A stretch of 64,000 bases of DNA from Bdellovibrionales bacterium. Its GTDB lineage: Bacteria; Bdellovibrionota; UBA1018; CAIMNF01. The notes under the pieces are model-generated. The model worked only from the letters and a program-made list of their open reading frames with translations. It searched no databases and was not told where the DNA came from. Below are positions 59,026 to 64,000 of this stretch, in pieces (the stretch's first letter is position 1; the number at the start of each line of letters is the position of its first letter). The translations under genes were made by a program, and so were the position numbers. Location: NCBI GenBank assembly GCA_040380025.1, contig JBEIJY010000005.1, positions 1 to 64,000 of the forward strand, read 5' to 3'.

Positions 59026-60477
59026 ATGTCATTTTTTCGCTTTGTCTTACTCGCCCTTTTTGTGGGCGCCTTCACTCTAGGGGTTCCGGGTCGCGATGCG
59101 CAAGCCTTAGATTTGGACTGGCAGGGCTCGTTCCGGGGCGAGACGAACATGATCTTCGGCGCCACCCACAAAGAGACGGGGGCGGCGGCAGGCTACAAGA
59201 TTCCGAATAACAACGACTCGCCGGCGGCGTTTCAAAATCTGTTCCTGAACCTGAAGCCCCGCGTGCTCGTGAACGACAACGTTTCGATCCAGTCCGACCT
59301 GTGGTTCAACTCGCCCGATCGCGGTCTTTTCGGCTCGAACACCCCCACGACGCCCTCTTCGAGCTACAGTCAGGTGCAATCCGGAACCGGCTCCGTGAGC
59401 GCGCGTACGTTTTTTGCCGAGGTCGCGACCGACTTCGGTACCTTTCGCATGGGGCGGGTTCCGCTCCATTACGGGCTCGGGCTCGTCTGGAATTCGGGCG
59501 ATTCGCTCGACAATCGCTTTCCGTCCAACGGAGATGCGATCTCGTTTTCGACCAAGTTCGGTTCCTTCCGGGTCACTCCTTCGTTTGTGAAGTACCAGCA
59601 GGCGGCGACCAGTTTTGGTGCATTCCAACCTTCCTCGGGAATCTCCGATTATTCCCTGAATGTCTCGTACGCAAACGACGACGAACAGCTCGAGTTCGGA
59701 TTGCTCTTTTTACGAAGACTTGCGGGCGAGAGCTCGGGGGTGGTGAATCCGTTTTTTGCGAGTGCTTTTGGCAATACCGCCGGAACCGCCGGCTACGTCT
59801 ACAACCTCTGGGATTTCTACGTAAAAAAGAAGGCCGGCATCTTCACCTTCGCAGCCGAAGTGCCGCTGGCGAGCGGGCTCGTCGCCTCGCGGACGTACAG
59901 CTCGATGGCGGGGGTGGTGAACGCCTCGGCCGCGGTGAGTGATCGCTGGACCCTGAAGCTGAACGCCGGTTCGGCGAACGGGCAGGCGAACGGATCCACC
60001 GCGACCACCGGAGCCGACCGGCTTACTGCGTTCGCGTTTCATCCCGATTACCGGCCGGGGCTCATTCTCTTTAATTACAACCTTCAGAATCTCTCCACCG
60101 GCTCGGGCTCGTATTATCAACAGCCGATCACGAACGCCCGCTTCCTCGCCTTCTCGGGCGAGTATTCCTCGGGCAAGTTCTCGCAAGAGGTTCTCGCGCT
60201 CTTCGCGTTTGCCGATCAGGCGGCCGACGGAACCAACGCGTTCTTCAATACTCAGCTTGGCCGGTACGAAACAGCCACCGCGAGCACGGCGCAAGAAAAA
60301 AATCTCGGCTTCGAGGTCGATTACGGAATCGGCTACGATTGGGATGAGTTCACCCGCTTTGGTGTCGATGTCGGGCTTTACTTTCCGGGCGCGTACTACA
60401 ACTTCAGCAACAACGGCGGACCGAACTCCCGGGGCGCGGTCTTCGGATCCCGCCTGAGCATGATGGTTCGATTCTAA
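59026..60477 (+). CDS. Putative outer-membrane beta-barrel protein
   Basis: Signal peptide, amphipathic beta strands, GRVPLHYGLGLVWN.G, terminal Phe. Confidence 0.75.
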   Translation: MSFFRFVLLALFVGAFTLGVPGRDAQALDLDWQGSFRGETNMIFGATHKETGAAAGYKIPNNNDSPAAFQNLFLNLKPRVLVNDNVSIQSDLWFNSPDRGLFGSNTPTTPSSSYSQVQSGTGSVSARTFFAEVATDFGTFRMGRVPLHYGLGLVWNSGDSLDNRFPSNGDAISFSTKFGSFRVTPSFVKYQQAATSFGAFQPSSGISDYSLNVSYANDDEQLEFGLLFLRRLAGESSGVVNPFFASAFGNTAGTAGYVYNLWDFYVKKKAGIFTFAAEVPLASGLVASRTYSSMAGVVNASAAVSDRWTLKLNAGSANGQANGSTATTGADRLTAFAFHPDYRPGLILFNYNLQNLSTGSGSYYQQPITNARFLAFSGEYSSGKFSQEVLALFAFADQAADGTNAFFNTQLGRYETATASTAQEKNLGFEVDYGIGYDWDEFTRFGVDVGLYFPGAYYNFSNNGGPNSRGAVFGSRLSMMVRF

Positions 60478-60487
60478 CGGCCCTGTT

Positions 60488-61288
60488 TTAACGACCCTGC
60501 TCTCCGGGCCCGCGAATGGTCTTGTACATTCGGCTCAACAGCCGGTCAAAGAGCCAGAGCGGGAGCATTTGCAGAACCGGGTACACCCAGCGGTAGGGCG
60601 CCGGCTCGATGATCCACGGGCTTCTTTTTTCGATTCCTTCGGCAAAGCGCTGTGCCGCCTTTTCGGGGGGCATCAAGAACGGCATTTTTCCTTTGTTTTT
60701 TCGGGCAAGGGGAGTGTCGATGAACCCGGGCGCGATCGTCACCACCTCGACCCCGCGTCCGCGCAAATCCACCCGCATGGTTTCGAGGTGTGCGGTCAGA
60801 AGGGCTTTCGAGCTCGAGTAGGCGCCGCTCGTGGGCAGTCCACGCGCGCCGGCCACACTGCTCACTCCGACGAGCGTGCCCCCGCCGCGGCGGAGCATTT
60901 TGATCTTCATGTGCTCGAGCCCGTGAATGGCGGCCAGTCCGTTCACGAGCAGGGTGGTCTTGACGGAGGGCCAGGCGGAGTCGTCAAAGGCCGATCTGCC
61001 GGTGACTCCCGCATTCGCCACAAACACCGAGGCACCGCCTAGTTTTTCATCGAGCGAATCGAGCGCGCGCGCAAAACCCTTCTCGTCGGTCACGTCCACC
61101 GATTCCCAGTGCACGGTCTTTGCTCCGAGCTCATGGCAAAGGGTTTTCACCTCTTCCAACAGCTCCGACCTTCTTGCCAGGAGCCCGAGCGCATACCCTC
61201 GGCGCGCGAATTCGAGCGCGAGTGCGCGACCGATCCCCTCGCTCGCTCCGGTCAGAATCAGCGTGCGCTCGGTGCTAGAGCCAGCCAT
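60488..61288 (-). CDS. SDR family oxidoreductase
   Basis: TGASEGIG, NAG and YSSSK motifs. Confidence 0.92.
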   Translation of the reverse strand: MAGSSTERTLILTGASEGIGRALALEFARRGYALGLLARRSELLEEVKTLCHELGAKTVHWESVDVTDEKGFARALDSLDEKLGGASVFVANAGVTGRSAFDDSAWPSVKTTLLVNGLAAIHGLEHMKIKMLRRGGGTLVGVSSVAGARGLPTSGAYSSSKALLTAHLETMRVDLRGRGVEVVTIAPGFIDTPLARKNKGKMPFLMPPEKAAQRFAEGIEKRSPWIIEPAPYRWVYPVLQMLPLWLFDRLLSRMYKTIRGPGEQGR

Positions 61289-62273
61289 GAATTTTGTACC
61301 AAGCGACGGTTTGCGGAACGCCTGTCTCGAGGGTGTAGCGCGGCTTCCACGCGAGCTTTTCGAATGCCTTTTCGGACGAGCAAATCCAGTAGTCCGAGAT
61401 CAGCTCGTGGTATTTGTCGAGATTCAGGGGGAGTGAGCGGTTCAGAATCCGCCCGGCGAGTGTCCCGCCCGAAGCGAGGGCCGAAACCAGTCCGCCGGGG
61501 AGCTTCAGGCGAATCGGCTTCACTTTGAGCTCTTCCGAGATCAATCCCATGATCCGCTCGTAGGTGTAAATTTGCCCGTCGCTCACATGAAACCGCTCGC
61601 CCGCGGCAAAAAGCGAGGCATCGCAGTTCATCGCGTTCACGAGCGCCTGGATCAGATCATCGACATGGATCGCGCTGTAATATTTGTGGCCGGTCGGGGT
61701 TTTGGACGGAAGCACCGGCATCCAGTGTTTTTGGATCGTCTTGAAGAACAAGTACACGTTCTTGTCTCTTGGCCCGTAGACCATCGGGGGGCGCACGACG
61801 ATGAAGGGGAGTTGCCCGCGCAGTTCATCGAGGTAAAGCTCGCCCCGGAGTTTGCTTTCGCCGTAGGTCGACACCGGGTGGTTCGGGTCGGTTTCGAGCT
61901 TGGGCGACAACCCGAAGCTCGGGCCGCTCGCCGCCATCGAAGAGACAAAAACAAAGCGTTTGACCGAGCCGGAGGCGATGGCGGCCGCTGCAAGGTTCTT
62001 CGTGCCCTCGGCGTTGAATTTAAAATACTCCTCGCGATTCCGGGCGGCCGTGAGCCCCGCAAGGTGGTACACGGCATCTTGGTTCTTGCAGGCGCGCTTC
62101 AGCGAATCGAGGTCCAGAATGTCGCCCGCAACACGGGTGAAGGCCACTCCGTTCAAGAATTCCGCAGAGGCACTCGGACGCATCAGTGCCGAGACCTCGT
62201 GCCCTTGCGCGGCGAGCGCCGAGACGAGGCCGCTCCCGATGAATCCGCTTGCTCCCGAAACCAGTATTCTCAT
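61275..62273 (-). CDS. NAD-dependent epimerase/dehydratase family protein
   Basis: GASGFIG, YGESK and RPPMVYGP motifs. Confidence 0.92.
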   Translation of the reverse strand: MRILVSGASGFIGSGLVSALAAQGHEVSALMRPSASAEFLNGVAFTRVAGDILDLDSLKRACKNQDAVYHLAGLTAARNREEYFKFNAEGTKNLAAAAIASGSVKRFVFVSSMAASGPSFGLSPKLETDPNHPVSTYGESKLRGELYLDELRGQLPFIVVRPPMVYGPRDKNVYLFFKTIQKHWMPVLPSKTPTGHKYYSAIHVDDLIQALVNAMNCDASLFAAGERFHVSDGQIYTYERIMGLISEELKVKPIRLKLPGGLVSALASGGTLAGRILNRSLPLNLDKYHELISDYWICSSEKAFEKLAWKPRYTLETGVPQTVAWYKIHGWL

Positions 62274-62288
62274 ACTGTCGTGTATACC

Positions 62289-63080
62289 ATGCCGTCACCA
62301 CGATTGCGCATCACCATTTTGGGATGCGGCACCTCCACCGGAGTGCCCTTGATTCACTGCGAATGCAGGGTCTGCCGCTCGAGGAATCCGAAAAACAAAC
62401 GACTTCGTGCCTCGATTTGGGTGCAGGCGGACAAGAAAAACCTGCTGGTCGATGTCTCGCCCGATTTCCGCCAGCAAATGTTGCGGACTCGCATGCCCCG
62501 GATCGACGCCATTCTGTTCACCCATCCGCACTCGGACCATGTCGGGGGTGTCGACGAGATCCGAAGCTATAACTTTCTTCAAAAAGAGCGGATTCCTGCC
62601 TTCGGCCATGACTGGACGGTGCGCGAGCTCCCCCGGCGGTTTCCCTACCTCTTCAACCCCGGCAAGCAGGAGGGAGGAGGCATTGCGCAGATCGATCTTC
62701 AGGAGTTCGGCCTCGAGGAGGCTTCGTTTCAGGCTGCGGGAGTTGAGGTGGTGCCGATCGCGCTCGACCACGGCTCGAACCGGGTGGCAGGGTTCCGGAT
62801 CGGAAACTTCGCTTACCTCACCGACTGCCATCAGATCCCCGAAGAGTCCCTCCTGCGATTGCAGGGACTCGAGGTCCTGATCCTCGATTGCCTGCGGGAG
62901 TCCGAGCACGACACCCATCTGACGTTCGAGAAGGCGCTCAATTATTCCGGTCGAATTGCGGCGAAGAAGACATTTTTCACCCATCTCGGACATGATTTCG
63001 ACTACGCACGAACCACGAGAAGGCTTCCCAAAACCCTTGCTTTGGCCTATGACGGGCAGGTCATTCATGTTAAAAATTGA
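62289..63080 (+). CDS. Metallo-beta-lactamase fold hydrolase (PhnP-like)
   Basis: LGCGTSTGVP..CECRVC, THPHSDH, AYLTD and TH motifs. Confidence 0.9.
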   Translation: MPSPRLRITILGCGTSTGVPLIHCECRVCRSRNPKNKRLRASIWVQADKKNLLVDVSPDFRQQMLRTRMPRIDAILFTHPHSDHVGGVDEIRSYNFLQKERIPAFGHDWTVRELPRRFPYLFNPGKQEGGGIAQIDLQEFGLEEASFQAAGVEVVPIALDHGSNRVAGFRIGNFAYLTDCHQIPEESLLRLQGLEVLILDCLRESEHDTHLTFEKALNYSGRIAAKKTFFTHLGHDFDYARTTRRLPKTLALAYDGQVIHVKN

Positions 63081-63098
63081 GCCCTCAAAGGAGCATCT

Positions 63099-64000
63099 AT
63101 GATCGTCGGAGTACCCAAGGAAATCAAAAACAAAGAAAATCGAGTATCCATGGTGGTCGCCGGTGTGCGGGCGCTTTCTCATGCGGGTCACAAGGTTCTG
63201 GTTCAGGCCGGAGCCGGAATCGGCGCCGGGATCTCAGATCAGGAATACCAGTCCGCCGGAGCGACCATCGTCGAATCGGCAAAAGATGTCTTCGCCCAAT
63301 CCGACATGATCGTGAAGGTGAAGGAGCCCCTGCCAGAAGAATACGATCTTCTGCGCGAAGGGCAGATCCTCTACACTTATTTGCACCTTGCCGCCGATGA
63401 GCGCCTCACCAAAGCCCTCCTCGAGCGCAAAATCGTGGGAATCGCCTACGAGACGATCCAACCTGCCGACAACTCGCTTCCTTTGCTTGCGCCGATGAGC
63501 GCGGTGGCCGGCCGCATGGCGACCCAGATCGGGGCCACCTATTTGCAAAAAGACCACGGCGGAAAAGGCATGCTCCTGGGCGGAGTGACCGGCGTTGCCC
63601 GCGCGAATGTCACGATTCTGGGCGGCGGCGTCGTCGGCGTGAATGCCGCGAAGATGGCGGTCGGTCTCGGCGCGAAAGTCACGATCCTCGATGTCAATCT
63701 CGACCGTCTCGAGTATCTGAACGATATTTTCGGCAATTCCATCCACACCCTCTACTCGAACAACGAGCAGATCGAACGATCCGTGATCGAGTCCGATCTG
63801 GTGATCAGCGCCATCCTCGTACCGGGCGCAAAAGCTCCGAAGCTCGTGACCCGTCAGATGGTTTCGCGCATGCAGCCGGGCGGCGTGATCATCGACGTTG
63901 CGGTCGATCAGGGCGGAGCAGTCGAAACCTGCCGACCCACCTCGCATGAGCATCCGACCTACACCGTGGACAACATCATCCACTATGCGGTCCCCAACAT
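63099..64000 (+). CDS. ald: Alanine dehydrogenase (runs off the window)
   Basis: [28 protein letters not shown] and DVAVDQGG motifs, AAGGAG RBS. Absent from the ORF track because there is no stop in the window. Confidence 0.95.
   Translation, partial: MIVGVPKEIKNKENRVSMVVAGVRALSHAGHKVLVQAGAGIGAGISDQEYQSAGATIVESAKDVFAQSDMIVKVKEPLPEEYDLLREGQILYTYLHLAADERLTKALLERKIVGIAYETIQPADNSLPLLAPMSAVAGRMATQIGATYLQKDHGGKGMLLGGVTGVARANVTILGGGVVGVNAAKMAVGLGAKVTILDVNLDRLEYLNDIFGNSIHTLYSNNEQIERSVIESDLVISAILVPGAKAPKLVTRQMVSRMQPGGVIIDVAVDQGGAVETCRPTSHEHPTYTVDNIIHYAVPN

Overview
This is a GC-rich bacterial chromosome segment, inferred to come from Bdellovibrionota/Oligoflexia or a related deltaproteobacterial-type predator. 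The inference rests on the Myxococcus/Bdellovibrio-style pilBTC-(R)-A-GHI-D-MNOPQ cluster, the efp-accBC-tamB-bamA synteny and the many secreted hypothetical proteins. Housekeeping content includes cinA, acs, a class V aminotransferase, two TerC proteins, an M16 peptidase pair, ftsQAZ, PNP-mtaD-lysA, ribF, efp-accB-accC, tamB-bamA/tamA, rplM-rpsI, a PPIase, a CHASE2 kinase with a sigma54 regulator, PBP1B, partial ald, tRNA-Lys(UUU) and tRNA-Leu(UAG). Six observations stand out. (1) Beside tRNA-Leu, a membrane protein gene is followed by a signal-peptide-bearing fusion of a Pol-beta-type nucleotidyltransferase and a 2H phosphoesterase. (2) Three exported orphan proteins carry a terminal CxxLL motif. 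(3) An alternating-orientation repeat array is built from the tRNA-Leu 3' end. (4) The type IV pilus locus is rewired: no pilS, a pilR lacking REC and most of its HTH, pilA inverted behind a sigma70-like promoter, a non-lipoprotein PilP and an AMIN-less PilQ. (5) An AT-richer pair of paralogous secreted proteins shares an identical bipartite upstream motif. (6) A sigma54-like promoter lies in front of ftsAZ. No CRISPR array, rRNA or complete mobile element was seen. All calls come from reading motifs by eye, without database searches.
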